Shown: piece by piece, positions 1 through 10,783 of the stretch
How positions within the stretch are numbered: position 1 is the first letter of the stretch
Layout of the letters: the number at the start of each line of letters is the position of its first letter
Assembly: GCA_021831565.1 (NCBI GenBank)
Contig: JAKBMM010000008.1
Span: 11,964 to 75,963 of the forward strand
Length of the DNA: 64,000 nucleotides
Direction: 5' to 3'
From: Planctomycetota bacterium
GTDB lineage: Bacteria > Planctomycetota > Phycisphaerae > WQYP01
Notes under the pieces: generated by a model
Seen by the model: only the letters and a program-made list of their open reading frames with translations
The model's database searches: none
Told to the model about the DNA's origin: nothing
Made by a program: the position numbers and the translations under genes

Positions 1-168
1 TATGTGCATTTGCATTACTCCCGCAATCGTAATTTTTCCGGACACGTCGAGCCTTCCATGGCCGCGATTGCGCTGTGCATTTCCGTCGGCGTCGGACTGT
101 TCTTCGGTTACTATCCCGCCCGCCGGGCCGCTGGCCTGAATCCGATTGAGGCCCTGCGCTATGAATGA
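1..168 (+). CDS. ABC transporter permease, MacB/FtsX family (C-terminal fragment; 5' end lies outside the window)
   Basis: Frame-1 translation ends ...[20 protein letters not shown], the canonical C-terminus of FtsX/MacB permeases, with a predicted last transmembrane helix ([18 protein letters not shown]). Stop TGA at 166-168. Confidence 0.7.
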   Translation, partial: YVHLHYSRNRNFSGHVEPSMAAIALCISVGVGLFFGYYPARRAAGLNPIEALRYE

Positions 169-1867
169 TGGGAGGTTATCCGCCGCGTTTGCCACACGGC
201 GGCGCAGTCCAGGCGGACATCGGCAATGGGGACGAATCGGCGCGGCGATCGGCCTGGCCGCCTTATCGTCCTGCACGTCGATTCACAACGGCGGCTACCA
301 GCACTACATGAAGGCCGCCATCGAGCACCAGATTACCGTGGATGCCGGCGCGCCGTCGTTCGCGTCCGCCACCCGCCCCGCCGGCCGGCCCGCCGCTACA
401 TCCCCGTCCGCCTCCCAAACGCTCAATCTGCCGTTGGAAAAAGCGATCCTCATGGGGTTGGCCAATAACCCTTCCCTCATTGTCCAGCGCTATGCCCCCG
501 CCATCGCCCAGATGAAGGTCGAAGCGCAACGCGGCGTGTTCGATCCCCTATTAACCGCCCAAACCACCGCCGGAAAAAATAGTGAGCCGGGGTCCGGCGG
601 TTATACCAGCATGGGTAGCCAAACCGGCCAGGTGGGATTATCGGAATTGCTGCCGACCGGTACGAGCGTACAGGCCGCCGCCAACACCACCATTAACAAC
701 GTGGAAGGGTCAGGTGGGGGGCAAAGTACCGGTACCGGCGGATCGATCACAGTGACACAGGCGTTGCTGCAAGGCGCCAGTCTGCGGGTCAACCTGGCCG
801 CCATCCGCGAGGCTCAGATCGGTCGGCGCATCTCGGATTACCAGTTGCGCGGCGTGGCGCAATCCATTGCCGCACAGATCATCCAGGATTACTGGGCGTA
901 CGCGCTGGCCCGTGAGAACGCCCGCATCCTGCGGCACGCGGTGGCCCTGGCGCAACAGCAAGAGCATCAAGCGCGGGAATTGATTCGTGTGGGGCGCATC
1001 GCCCCTTCCCAATTTCCCGCGGCGCAAGCCGAGGTCGCCACGGTACGCGAGCAACTCATCTCCGCCGAAGGAAATCTCCGTATCGCCCGGCTGAATCTTC
1101 TGAGCCTGATTGTGGCGAATAAGCGGAACTTCTGGCGACGGCCGTTGCGGCTGCTCAATCATCCTTATGTACCCCGCCACGCGCTTTCGCCACTGGCTCT
1201 GCATACCGAACTGGCGTTGCGCATGAGCCCGCTGATCAATGAAGCCCGCTTGCAGATACAGCAAGGCAACCTGGTGGTTGTTCAGACACGCGACGGCCTG
1301 CTGCCGAAACTCGATCTATTCATTACGCTGGGCAAGACGGGCTACGCCGACGCCTTCGGTGGTTCGGTTGATCGACTCAACGGGCCGGATTACCAGCTTC
1401 TCGGCGGTTTGCAGTACAGTCAGCCTGTTTTTAACCGTTCCGCCCGCGCCAACTATCAAAGCGCTCTGCTCTCCCGCGACCAGGACCAGGCCGCGCTGGC
1501 CAACCTGGTGCGAAGCGTCGAATTAAGCGTGCGCACCGCATACATTCAGGCGCAGACCGCCCGTCAGCAGATCACCGCAACCGCCGCCACCCGCCGCGCG
1601 CAGGCCGAGTCTCTCCGCGCCACCATCGGGGAATTCCGTGTCGGTGAGAGCACTTCGCTTCTGGTGGCCCAGGCTCAGAACAACCTGTTTTCCGCCCAAC
1701 TTGGCGAAGTGCAGGCCGTGGTCAATTATCTTGACGCCTTGACACAGTTGTACCTGCAGGAAGGTTCCATCCTGGAACGTCTGAGTGTCGCAGCACCCGG
1801 CGCGGTTCCGGTCCGCCCCATCGGGCCGAGCTGGTTGCGCCGTTGGCCGGATGGATATTTTCATTAA
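161..1867 (+). CDS. Outer membrane efflux protein, TolC family
   Basis: The ORF runs 146..1867; the start is either 146 (which would overlap the permease tail) or ATG 161 (ATGA overlap with the permease stop). The protein is Ala/Gln/Leu-rich with two helical repeat halves typical of OEP/TolC. It sits immediately downstream of a MacB-type permease. Confidence 0.7.
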   Translation: MNDGRLSAAFATRRRSPGGHRQWGRIGAAIGLAALSSCTSIHNGGYQHYMKAAIEHQITVDAGAPSFASATRPAGRPAATSPSASQTLNLPLEKAILMGLANNPSLIVQRYAPAIAQMKVEAQRGVFDPLLTAQTTAGKNSEPGSGGYTSMGSQTGQVGLSELLPTGTSVQAAANTTINNVEGSGGGQSTGTGGSITVTQALLQGASLRVNLAAIREAQIGRRISDYQLRGVAQSIAAQIIQDYWAYALARENARILRHAVALAQQQEHQARELIRVGRIAPSQFPAAQAEVATVREQLISAEGNLRIARLNLLSLIVANKRNFWRRPLRLLNHPYVPRHALSPLALHTELALRMSPLINEARLQIQQGNLVVVQTRDGLLPKLDLFITLGKTGYADAFGGSVDRLNGPDYQLLGGLQYSQPVFNRSARANYQSALLSRDQDQAALANLVRSVELSVRTAYIQAQTARQQITATAATRRAQAESLRATIGEFRVGESTSLLVAQAQNNLFSAQLGEVQAVVNYLDALTQLYLQEGSILERLSVAAPGAVPVRPIGPSWLRRWPDGYFH

Positions 1868-1910
1868 CGCCGCCTTCCGCGCCCATCCACAATTGAAAAA
1901 ACAACCGCCG

Positions 1911-4900
1911 TCAATCCAGCTCAATCAGCAGATCGCCGCTGGAAACGGTCATTCCCGGATGCACGTACATGGTGGCTATCTTGCCGTCGCGCGGACTATA
2001 CACCGCGGTTTCCATTTTCATCGCCTCGATCGACAGCAGTTTGTCGCCGCGGGAAACCGCCTGACCCAGGCTGACCGAAAGTGCGGATATTTTGCCCGGC
2101 ATTGGCGCGCCAACGTGGTTCGGATTTTCCTTCTCCGCATGGGGCAATGCCGGCCGAACCTTGCCCGCCAGCGATTGATCCGCCACTTTCACTTCACGCG
2201 GCTGGCCGTTAAGCTCGAAAAAAACCGTCCGATTTCCATCGGAATCCGGATCGCCGAGAGTTAAATATTTTACCAGCATGGTTTTGCCGGGTTCGATCTG
2301 GATCGGTACTTCAACATAAGGCTCCATGGGATAGAAAAATGCGGGGGTGGGAATTACTTCCACGTCGTCGTACTGGCGGCGGAAGCGGTCGAAATTAACA
2401 AACACGTCCGGATACATGAGATAACTGGCCAGATCGGTATCGGCGACGTTGCCGTGGATTTTGGCCGCAAGCTCCCGGCGCGTCGCCTCGATATCAACCG
2501 GCTTGAGCTGGGCGCCCGGTCGGTCGGAAAGCGGTTTTTGATTCTTGAGGACGATTTTCAGGAGTTTCTTCGGCCAACCGCCGGGTGGTTGGCCGATGTC
2601 GCCGTGGAACATTTCCACCACGCTGCGCGGAAAATCAAGGTGGCGGGATTCATCAAGAATATCCTGCGGTTTGAGGTTGTTGGTGACCATAAACAAAGCC
2701 ATGTCGCCGACGACCTTGCTCGAGGGTGTAACTTTGACGATGTCGCCGAAAAGTTCATTTACCTTCGCGTACATGACGGCGATTTCATTCCACCGGTCCG
2801 CCAGACCAAGACTACGGGCCTGCACGCGCAGATTGGTATACTGACCGCCGGGCATTTCGTGTTCATACACCGAGGCGGTGCCGGCCAACATACCCTCTTC
2901 AAACGGCTGGTAAAAACGCCGCACGGCCTCCCAGTAGTCGGCCAGGCGGGCCAGGGCGTTTTGATCCAGTCCACTGTCGCGCGGCGTGTGGGCCAGAGCG
3001 GCCACAAGCGAGTTGAGATTCGGCTGGCTGGTCATGCCGCTCATGGAACTGATGGCGGCATCGACAATATTTACGCCCGCCTGGGAAGCCAGCAGAACGC
3101 TAGCCGCCTGCACGCCCGTGGTATCGTGGGTGTGAAAGTGAATCGGCAGACCGATTTGCTCGCGCAGCGCCTTAACGAGCTTCTGGGTCGCGAAGGGCTT
3201 GCACAGGCCGGCCATGTCCTTGATGGCCAGAATGTGCGCGCCCATCTTTTCCAGTTCCCGGGCCATTTTCACGTAATAGTTCAGCGAATACTTCGCGCGG
3301 CGCGAATCCAGAATATCGCCGGTATAACAGATGGCCGCCTCCAGAACGGCGCCGCTTTCCAGCACGGCATCCATGGCCACCCGCATGTTGCCGGTCCAGT
3401 TGAGTGAATCGAATACGCGAAAAACGTCAATCCCCTCCCGGGCGGCGGTTTTGACGAAAAATTTCACCACGTTGTCCGGATAATTGGTGTAACCGACCGC
3501 ATTGCTGGCGCGCAGCAACATCTGGAAGAGAATATTGGGAATTTTTTCCCGCAGTTGGGCCAGGCGGCGCCAGGGATCCTCATGCAGGAAACGCATGGCG
3601 GAATCAAACGTGGCGCCGCCCCACATTTCCAGACTGAACAAATTCGGCGTCAAATGGGCGATCGCCGCGGCGGCGCCGAGCATATCGATGGTTCGCATGC
3701 GCGTGGCCAGCAACGACTGGTGGGCGTCGCGCATGGTCGTATCAGTGAAAAGCAGCGGCTTGTACTCCCGCAGCCACCGGGTGAACTTTTCAGCGCCGAG
3801 GTCCCGCAGGCGATCGCGCATACCCGGCGGCGGCGAAGCGGCGGGGGGATACGGTACGGCCGGCGGTGGCTTGAGAACGGTTAGATCGGGAGCCTTTTTC
3901 ACGTCCGGCGAGGAGTTGACGATAATATTGCCCAGAAAACTCAACAATTTGGTGGCCCGGTCGCGCCGGGCGGCGAAACGGAACAGCGCGGGGGTCGAAT
4001 CCACAAATGCGGTGGTGGCCTGACCCGAGAGAAAAGCGGGATGCCGGACCAGGTTTTCCAGGAAGGGAATGTTGGTTTTCACGCCGCGCACGCGGAACTC
4101 ACTAAGCGCCCGCATGGCGCGCGCGGCGGTTTCCTCCAGGGTGGGTGAAAAACAGGTGAGCTTGACCAGCAGCGAATCAAAATAGGGCGTGATCATCGCG
4201 CCGGTGTAGGCGGTTCCGCCATCCAGACGCACGCCGAATCCAGCCGGGGAACGGTAATTCGTGATCCGCCCATAATCGGGAATAAAATGATTGGCCGGAT
4301 CTTCCGTGGTGATGCGGCACTGGAGCGCCACGCCGCGGCACGCAATATGCTCCTGCGGCGGAATGTTGATCGGCGCGGCGTGCAGAGCATGCCCCTGGGC
4401 GATCAGTATCTGCGCTTTAACCAGATCGATGCCGGTGACAATCTCCGTAACCGTGTGCTCCACCTGAATGCGGGGATTGACTTCAATGAAAAAGAATTCG
4501 CCGGTATCGACGTCCAGAAGGAATTCCACCGTGCCGGCGTTCTGATAGCGAACCTGCCGGCCGATTTCCAGCGCGGCCCGGCATATCTCATTACGCTCAA
4601 CCGGATCAAGCCCCGCCGCCGGCGCCAGTTCCACCACTTTCTGGTGCCGCCGCTGCACGGAACAATCGCGCTCGAATAAGTGCACGATTTCTCCGTGTTG
4701 GTCCCCCAGAATCTGCACTTCAATGTGCCGGGCGCGGGTAATGTAGCGCTCGAGAAATACTTGCGACTTGCCAAAAGCGCCGCCGGCCTCGCGCTGGGCT
4801 TCTTCCAGGCGATCCATTAGTTCCGCAGGGCTTTTGACCACGCGCATGCCGCGCCCGCCGCCGCCGAAACTGGCCTTGATAATCAACGGAAAACCGATCT

Positions 4901-5351
4901 CTTTGGCGTGCTTTCTTATTTTCGCCGGATCGGTCTGGCCATGTTCGGTGCCGGGCAGAATCGGTACGCCGGCGCGCTGCGCAATCTGCCGGGCGGCGGT
5001 CTTGTCGCCGAACGCTCTAAGCATCTCCGGCGTCGGGCCGATGAAGATGATGCCGGCCTTGCCGCAAGCCTCCGCGAAATCGACGTTCTCGGAAAGAAAG
5101 CCGTAACCGGGGTGGATCGCGTCAACGTGGTGCCTCTGCGCCAATTCGATGATGGCGGGAATGTTCAGGTAATTCTTGACCGGAGCGTCGGGACCACCCA
5201 CCTGGTAGGACTCGTCGGCCTTGAAACGGTGCAGCGAATAGCGATCCTCGTAACTGTAAATCGCCACCGTGGCCAGATCGAGTTCCGTGGCGGCGCGGAA
5301 TACGCGTATGGCTATTTCGCTGCGGTTGGCGACAAGCAGTTTCTTCATCAA
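1911..5351 (-). CDS. pyc: Pyruvate carboxylase (single chain; biotin carboxylase + carboxyltransferase + biotinyl domain)
   Basis: 1146 aa. N-terminal biotin carboxylase ATP-grasp domain (MMKKLLVANRSEIAIRVFRAATEL...), central carboxyltransferase TIM-barrel domain, C-terminal biotinyl domain with EAMKME motif. Confidence 0.9.
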   Translation of the reverse strand: MMKKLLVANRSEIAIRVFRAATELDLATVAIYSYEDRYSLHRFKADESYQVGGPDAPVKNYLNIPAIIELAQRHHVDAIHPGYGFLSENVDFAEACGKAGIIFIGPTPEMLRAFGDKTAARQIAQRAGVPILPGTEHGQTDPAKIRKHAKEIGFPLIIKASFGGGGRGMRVVKSPAELMDRLEEAQREAGGAFGKSQVFLERYITRARHIEVQILGDQHGEIVHLFERDCSVQRRHQKVVELAPAAGLDPVERNEICRAALEIGRQVRYQNAGTVEFLLDVDTGEFFFIEVNPRIQVEHTVTEIVTGIDLVKAQILIAQGHALHAAPINIPPQEHIACRGVALQCRITTEDPANHFIPDYGRITNYRSPAGFGVRLDGGTAYTGAMITPYFDSLLVKLTCFSPTLEETAARAMRALSEFRVRGVKTNIPFLENLVRHPAFLSGQATTAFVDSTPALFRFAARRDRATKLLSFLGNIIVNSSPDVKKAPDLTVLKPPPAVPYPPAASPPPGMRDRLRDLGAEKFTRWLREYKPLLFTDTTMRDAHQSLLATRMRTIDMLGAAAAIAHLTPNLFSLEMWGGATFDSAMRFLHEDPWRRLAQLREKIPNILFQMLLRASNAVGYTNYPDNVVKFFVKTAAREGIDVFRVFDSLNWTGNMRVAMDAVLESGAVLEAAICYTGDILDSRRAKYSLNYYVKMARELEKMGAHILAIKDMAGLCKPFATQKLVKALREQIGLPIHFHTHDTTGVQAASVLLASQAGVNIVDAAISSMSGMTSQPNLNSLVAALAHTPRDSGLDQNALARLADYWEAVRRFYQPFEEGMLAGTASVYEHEMPGGQYTNLRVQARSLGLADRWNEIAVMYAKVNELFGDIVKVTPSSKVVGDMALFMVTNNLKPQDILDESRHLDFPRSVVEMFHGDIGQPPGGWPKKLLKIVLKNQKPLSDRPGAQLKPVDIEATRRELAAKIHGNVADTDLASYLMYPDVFVNFDRFRRQYDDVEVIPTPAFFYPMEPYVEVPIQIEPGKTMLVKYLTLGDPDSDGNRTVFFELNGQPREVKVADQSLAGKVRPALPHAEKENPNHVGAPMPGKISALSVSLGQAVSRGDKLLSIEAMKMETAVYSPRDGKIATMYVHPGMTVSSGDLLIELD

Positions 5352-5551
5352 ATGTATCCCTTATTTCCAGCGCAAGCGGTAACAGGATATTCGATTCGGT
5401 TTGATTCGTTAAGCGCCACATGGCGACATGGCGGAAAAATGGCGGACAAACGATTTTCGGGTGGATGAAATACAACCCGGCGCGTATAGTTAAATCGTTC
5501 CGCCGGCACGCGGGCCATGGCCGGCAAGATGTTTAAACCGTTGAAAGGAGT

Positions 5552-6061
5552 ATGACCATGGCGACAATTACATTCAAAGGTGCCCCGATACATACGACAG
5601 GCCATCCGCCCGCCCCGGGTTCCCCAACACCTTCCTTCACGCTGACCCAGAGCGATCTGGGCGAATTGTATTCCGCCGCTCTGGCCGGTAAGTGGGTGGT
5701 GCTGAACATATTTCCCAGCATTGATACGCCCGTATGCGCCCAATCGGTCCGGCAATTCAACCGGGAGGCGGCCAAGCTGCCGAATACCGCCGTTCTGTGT
5801 GTTTCCGCCGATCTGCCCTTCGCCGCCAATCGTTTCTGCGGGGCGGAGGGAATCAAGAACGTGCAAATGCTCTCCTGCTTTCGGCATCCGGAATTTGGCG
5901 ATATTTTCGGGATCAAAATCGTTGACAGCCCTCTGCTGGGTTTGCTTGCCCGCGCCGTGGTGGTGCTGGGCCCGGATGGCAAGGTACGCCATAGCGAGCT
6001 GGTTCCGGAAATAGCCCGGGAACCGGACTACGCCGCGGCGCTGGCCGCGATCGGCAAATAG
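5552..6061 (+). CDS. tpx: Thiol peroxidase (atypical 2-Cys peroxiredoxin)
   Basis: 169 aa. Tpx-like N-terminus ATITFKGAPIHTTG and peroxidatic Cys context FPSIDTPVCA. Confidence 0.85.
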   Translation: MTMATITFKGAPIHTTGHPPAPGSPTPSFTLTQSDLGELYSAALAGKWVVLNIFPSIDTPVCAQSVRQFNREAAKLPNTAVLCVSADLPFAANRFCGAEGIKNVQMLSCFRHPEFGDIFGIKIVDSPLLGLLARAVVVLGPDGKVRHSELVPEIAREPDYAAALAAIGK

Positions 6062-6074
6062 GAGCGGCATATTG

Positions 6075-7091
6075 ATGAGAACGATTCGCGTCGCCATTAT
6101 CGGCGCCAGCGGTTATGCCTCGCTGGAAAGCATCCGCTGGCTGCTGCGCCATCCCGCGGCCCGGATCACCTATTTGGCCAGCCGCAGACAGGAACAGCCG
6201 ATCAGCGAGTTGTTTCCCGAACTGCTCGGCCGGCTGAACCTGCCGGTGGCGCCATTCGACGCCGCCGTCATCGCCGGCCAGGCCGACGCCGCCTTGGTCT
6301 GCCTGCCGCATCTGGCCGCCATGGAGCACGTTCCGGCGCTGCTGCAAGCCGGCCTCCGCGTGATTGATTTATCGGCGGATTACCGGCTCAAGGATCCCGC
6401 AACATACGAAAAATGGTACAAACACGCCCATACGGATACCGGCCATCTCGCCCGCGCCGTTTACGGCCTGCCGGAGTTTTTCGCCGCCGCGATCAAACCG
6501 GCGACGCTGGTGAGCAATCCTGGCTGTTATCCAACGGCGGCGGCGCTGGGCGCGGCTCCCCTGCTGGCGGACGGAGTGGCCGAGGCGGAGGACATCATCA
6601 TCAACGCCGCGTCGGGCATTACCGGCGCCGGTCGAACGCCCGCGCCGCAGCACCATTTTCCGGAACGCAACGAGACCTTTGAGGCGTACGCCATCGGCAC
6701 GCACCGCCACGCGCCGGAAATCGAACAGACGCTCGCGGCCATCGCGGGCCGGCCGGTGCAACTGGTCTTTGTGCCGCACCTGCTGCCGATGGACCGGGGA
6801 ATTTTAGAAACGATCTACCTGCGCCCGCGGGCGGGCATGACGCTGGACGACGCCCTGGGCGCCTTCCAGCGGCACTACGCGGGCAAACCGTTCATCCGGC
6901 TCCGGCGGACGCATCAGCCGAGCACCAAGTACGTGGCGAACACCAATTTCGCCGACATCGCGGCACGGCTGTACAACGGGCGCTTCGTGGTAACTATCGC
7001 CATCGACAATATGGTCAAAGGGGCCAGCGGGCAGGCGATTCAAAATATGAACCTGATGTTCGGTTTGGAGGAAACCAGCGGTTTGCTATAA
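6075..7091 (+). CDS. argC: N-acetyl-gamma-glutamyl-phosphate reductase
   Basis: Rossmann N-terminus RVAIIGASGYAS and catalytic Cys motif PGCYPTAA. The ORF starts at TTG 6072; ATG 6075 is preferred and is preceded by GGAG. Confidence 0.85.
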   Translation: MRTIRVAIIGASGYASLESIRWLLRHPAARITYLASRRQEQPISELFPELLGRLNLPVAPFDAAVIAGQADAALVCLPHLAAMEHVPALLQAGLRVIDLSADYRLKDPATYEKWYKHAHTDTGHLARAVYGLPEFFAAAIKPATLVSNPGCYPTAAALGAAPLLADGVAEAEDIIINAASGITGAGRTPAPQHHFPERNETFEAYAIGTHRHAPEIEQTLAAIAGRPVQLVFVPHLLPMDRGILETIYLRPRAGMTLDDALGAFQRHYAGKPFIRLRRTHQPSTKYVANTNFADIAARLYNGRFVVTIAIDNMVKGASGQAIQNMNLMFGLEETSGLL

Positions 7092-7170
7092 GATCATCTG
7101 TTCGCCCGCGGCGCCGCCGCCGCCCTACTTTCTACTTTCCACTCTCTTGCGCGGTGCCGCATTAGTCCGA

Positions 7171-7213
7171 ACATTTCACCGCCGAGACGCCGAGATCGCA
7201 GAGGTTGTTGAAA
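7171..7213 (+). repeat. Copy 1 of a roughly 43-nt direct repeat (ACATTTCACCGCCGAGACGCCGAGATCGCAGAGGTTGTTGAAA)
   Basis: 38/43 identity with 10553-10595, same orientation. Followed about 19 nt later by a T-tract. Confidence 0.7.
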
Positions 7214-7458
7214 TGAAAGCCCTTATAAAGATTTTTTCCACAACACCGCCGATACAGACTCTCTGCTCTCTGCTATCTCATCATTCCTATCCCTTGACTC
7301 CTCCGTGGCCTCGGCGCGCTCTGCGCCGCGGTGCAAACTACGATTCACCGGGCGTCATTTACCGCGGGGGACGCGGAGTCCCGCCGAGGTTTATAGCTTG
7401 TGGACCCTCCGTTTATACCCCCCGCGTTCCTCTGATTCCTCCGCGGTGAAAATCCGTG

Positions 7459-8805
7459 TTAACCCATTTTGCGGGTTCGCTCCAGCCAGCCGGTATCCAC
7501 GCGCGCCTGCTGAAAGTCCTGATCGCTCATGATCTGGCGATGCAGGGGAATGGTGGTTTTGACCGGCCCGGCGCGAAATTCCTCCAGCGCCCGGCGCATG
7601 GTGGCGATGGCCTGCTCCCGCGTGGGCCGATGCACGATAAGTTTCCCGATCATGGAGTCGTAATTCGGACCGATGCGGTAATTTTGGTGGGCGTGGGTAT
7701 CGACCCGGACGCCGGGCCCGCCAGGCACGGCGAATTCCTCCAGCACTCCGGGACAGGGGACAAAGCCGCGCTCGGGGTCTTCGACGTTGATGCGGCACTC
7801 GATGGCGGCGCCGTTGCAGCGGGCGTCTTGCTGGTCGAGATCAAGCTTTTCGCCGGAAGCGATGCGAAGTTGCCACTGAATGATATCCTGGCCGGTGACC
7901 TCTTCGGTGACCGGGTGTTCCACCTGAATGCGCGTGTTGACCTCCAGGAAATAAAACTTTTTCTGCTTGTCCATAATGAATTCCACCGTGGCGGCGGAGT
8001 AGTAGCCGGCGGCGTTGGCCAGACGCACGGCGGACGCGCAAAGCTCTCGGCGGGTTTCGTCATCAATGACCGGACAGGGTGACTCCTCGATGAGTTTCTG
8101 GTGGCGGCGCTGAATGGTGCAGTCGCGCTCGAAAAGGTGAATGACTTTCCCGTACTTGTCGCCGAGAATCTGTACCTCCACGTGCCGCGGCTCCTCGTGG
8201 TATTTTTCGATGAATACGGTGGAATCCTTAAAGGCGGCCTCGGCTTCGGCCTGGGCGGCCTTGAGCGAGCCTTTGAGGCTGATGTCGTTATGGGCGACGC
8301 GCATGCCGCGCCCGCCCCCGCCGCCGGAGGCCTTGATAATGACCGGGTATCCGATTTTTCGGGCTACTTCAACAGCCTCTTTTTCCGATTTCACAGGCCC
8401 GTCGCTGCCGGGAGTCAGAGGAACCTGGCACTGGCGGGCCAGGTTACGGGAGGCCAGCTTGGAGCCGAGCATTTTCATGGACTCCACGGAGGGGCCGATG
8501 AATTCAATCTTGCAGCTTCGGCAGATTTCGGCGAAATGGGTGTTCTCGGCAAGAAAACCGTAACCGGGGTGAATGGCCTGAACATCGGCGACTTCCGCGG
8601 CGGAAATGATGCGGGGAATATTCAGATAGCTTTCACCCGCCGGGGCCGGGCCGATGCAGATGGCTTCATCGGCGAGCTGGAGATAGGCGGCGTCGCGATC
8701 GGCCTCGGAATAGACGGCAACGGATTCGACCCCCAGTTCCCGGCAGGTGCGAATGATGCGCAGGGCGATTTCACCACGATTGGCCACGAGAATTCGAGAG
8801 AACAT
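7459..8805 (-). CDS. accC: Acetyl-CoA carboxylase, biotin carboxylase subunit
   Basis: 448 aa. [25 protein letters not shown]..., full ATP-grasp biotin carboxylase, directly downstream of accB. Confidence 0.9.
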   Translation of the reverse strand: MFSRILVANRGEIALRIIRTCRELGVESVAVYSEADRDAAYLQLADEAICIGPAPAGESYLNIPRIISAAEVADVQAIHPGYGFLAENTHFAEICRSCKIEFIGPSVESMKMLGSKLASRNLARQCQVPLTPGSDGPVKSEKEAVEVARKIGYPVIIKASGGGGGRGMRVAHNDISLKGSLKAAQAEAEAAFKDSTVFIEKYHEEPRHVEVQILGDKYGKVIHLFERDCTIQRRHQKLIEESPCPVIDDETRRELCASAVRLANAAGYYSAATVEFIMDKQKKFYFLEVNTRIQVEHPVTEEVTGQDIIQWQLRIASGEKLDLDQQDARCNGAAIECRINVEDPERGFVPCPGVLEEFAVPGGPGVRVDTHAHQNYRIGPNYDSMIGKLIVHRPTREQAIATMRRALEEFRAGPVKTTIPLHRQIMSDQDFQQARVDTGWLERTRKMG

Positions 8806-8853
8806 GTTTTCCTCTGTTTGGCCTCTTTTTCCCCGTGCGCGGATACGCAGGAA

Positions 8854-9312
8854 TTATTCCGGCTTGACGAGGAACAATGGCTGGTTGTACTCGACGGCCT
8901 GGCCGTTCTGCACAAGAATTTTCACGATCGCGCCCGTGGTTTCCGCGCGGATTTCGTTGAACACCTTCATGGCTTCGATAATGCAGACAATGGTGTCTTT
9001 TTCAACCGGGGCGCCGATTTTCACATAAGGATCGGATTCGGGATTGGCCGCGCTGTAGAAAGTGCCGACCATGGGGGATTTGACCGGGACAAGGTTTTCA
9101 TCCTGGGCCGGCGCGGTGGCGGCCGCAGCCGGTCGAATCGCCGATGGTGTGGCGGGGGGGGGGGCGGTCCCGCCGCCATCCGGTGCCAAGTCCCGCTTGA
9201 GACGGATTTTCGCCTTGTCTTCGACGAGTTCAATTTCGGTCAGATCGTTATCGGCCATCAGCCGGATCAGATCTTTCACGCGTTTGTTGTCCGTAAACGT
9301 TTCTTTGGCCAT
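8854..9312 (-). CDS. accB: Biotin carboxyl carrier protein
   Basis: 152 aa. Pro/Ala-rich linker followed by a biotinyl domain with EAMKVFNEI. Contains a G11 homopolymer (9154-9164) that encodes the proline linker. Confidence 0.85.
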   Translation of the reverse strand: MAKETFTDNKRVKDLIRLMADNDLTEIELVEDKAKIRLKRDLAPDGGGTAPPPATPSAIRPAAAATAPAQDENLVPVKSPMVGTFYSAANPESDPYVKIGAPVEKDTIVCIIEAMKVFNEIRAETTGAIVKILVQNGQAVEYNQPLFLVKPE

Positions 9313-9335
9313 TTCTTACTCCAAGCAAGAAACAA

Positions 9336-10451
9336 TCAAATCCGGGCGGAATCCAAATCTTTGGGAAGATGCGAAAGCACGCGGTGGCCGGTCGGCGTCA
9401 CCAACACGTCATCCTCGATCCGTACTCCTCCCAAACCGGGCAGGTAAATGCCCGGTTCCACCGTAAGAACCATTCCGGGTTGAAGGATAACCTTGCTGCG
9501 GGAAGAAAGCGATAGCTGTTCGTGTATATCCCGTCCGATCCCATGGCCCAGGCTGTGCTCAAACGCCTTCGCGTAGCCGGCCTTGGCGATAATGCTACGG
9601 GCTATTTGGTCGATCTGCCGCCCCGTCCGGCCGGGGCGGATGGCGGCAATGGCCGCCATCTGGGCGGCCAGGACGACCTGGTAAATTTCCATGATTTTTC
9701 CCGGCACGCGTCCGATAAAAATCATGCGGGTTAAGTCGCAACGGTACCCTTTGAACTGGGCGCCCCAATCAACAAGCACGGATGCATTATTCTGAAGTTT
9801 AACGGAATCGGGGCGGTAATGGGGAAGGCTGCCGTTGGAACCGGCGGCGACAATGGGATCAAACGCGGCATTGGCGGCGCCGCGGCGGCGCATTTCGTAG
9901 ACCAGCAGGCCGGCCATATCGTTTTCCGTCATACCGACGCGCAGACGGGCCTTGAGGGCTTCAAAAGAGCGCTCGGCAATGGCCAGGGCCTGCTCGATCA
10001 GTCCGATCTCATGTTCATCCTTGATGTTGCGAAATCCGACGATCATGTCCTCCACCGGTCGCAGACGAAGGCGCGGAGCGCGGGTAAGTTTGGCGATCGC
10101 CTGATGCTGGCGAAGTGTGAGACTTTCCGCCTGTACTCCCAACGTGCGTATTCCCGCCCGGCGGGCCAGGCGGATAATTTCTTCGGCCAAACCCTTGCGG
10201 CGAATCACCGTTCGCACCCACGGGCACTCGCGTTCGATCTGCTGCTTGTAGCGGGAATCGCTCACCAGCCATACCCGATCGGGTGTGAGCAATGCCCAGG
10301 AGTCGTCGCCTTCAAAGCCGGTCAGGTAACTCACGTCCGGAAAATAACTCACGAGAAGGCCGGTGATGTTTCGTTCTTTCATGGCGGCGCGAACGGCTTG
10401 CCAGCGGACCTGGATGTACAGGGGCGCCTGGAACATACGCTCGCTCATCAT
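9336..10451 (-). CDS. M24 family Xaa-Pro aminopeptidase/dipeptidase
   Basis: Creatinase-N domain plus the C-terminal pita-bread fold with metal ligands (HGIGRDIHE, VEPGIY, RIEDDVLV). The ORF extends to 10517; the start is probably MMSERMF at about 10451. Confidence 0.75.
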   Translation of the reverse strand: MMSERMFQAPLYIQVRWQAVRAAMKERNITGLLVSYFPDVSYLTGFEGDDSWALLTPDRVWLVSDSRYKQQIERECPWVRTVIRRKGLAEEIIRLARRAGIRTLGVQAESLTLRQHQAIAKLTRAPRLRLRPVEDMIVGFRNIKDEHEIGLIEQALAIAERSFEALKARLRVGMTENDMAGLLVYEMRRRGAANAAFDPIVAAGSNGSLPHYRPDSVKLQNNASVLVDWGAQFKGYRCDLTRMIFIGRVPGKIMEIYQVVLAAQMAAIAAIRPGRTGRQIDQIARSIIAKAGYAKAFEHSLGHGIGRDIHEQLSLSSRSKVILQPGMVLTVEPGIYLPGLGGVRIEDDVLVTPTGHRVLSHLPKDLDSARI

Positions 10452-10552
10452 CGGAACCTTCCAATAAACTCGATTTTGGCCGATTGGGGGCGATCCGCGG
10501 AACGTTTGCCGCATCAATCAGGGGCCCTCTTCCCGCCATGCGCCTGGCCCGG

Positions 10553-10595
10553 ACATTTCACCGCCAAGACGCACAGATCGCACAGGTTGTTAATT
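10553..10595 (+). repeat. Copy 2 of the roughly 43-nt direct repeat (ACATTTCACCGCCAAGACGCACAGATCGCACAGGTTGTTAATT)
   Basis: Located in the leader/promoter region of the aminopeptidase-accB-accC operon. Followed about 36 nt later by a T8 tract. Confidence 0.7.
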
Positions 10596-10783
10596 TAATA
10601 TTGTAACCGGCCGAGACGGCGTGTGCATAAGCCGATTTTTTTTCGCAATGAGTTGCCGTGGCGATGGAAAACCTTTTACCATGGGGAATCAGGGCCGTGA
10701 CCCTTCCCGGCGGCGCGGAAAACGGCCGTTTCCACCCACGGCTGCGGGAGTGGGGTGGCGCGGTAATTGGCGGTCCCGGTAAT

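Noticed and set aside
7147-7449. 100-aa plus-strand ORF in the argC/accC convergent intergenic region
   Set aside because: The composition is implausible, there is no RBS, and its first 20 codons coincide with the 43-nt repeat. The length is likely a chance read-through. Only the repeat itself is reported; the possibility of a short peptide is noted in the findings.
8101-9447. 448-aa plus-strand ORF antisense to accC/accB. The ORFs at 2454..3407, 5348..6097, 9819..10598, 11414..12118, 20393..22186, 47617..48564, 55435..56901, 57371..58267 and 59918..60736 are similar cases.
   Set aside because: All lie antisense to confidently identified conserved genes. Their translations are Arg/Gly/Ala/Pro-rich, typical of stop-codon-poor antisense frames in high-GC DNA, and none shows a domain signature. 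They are treated as non-coding.
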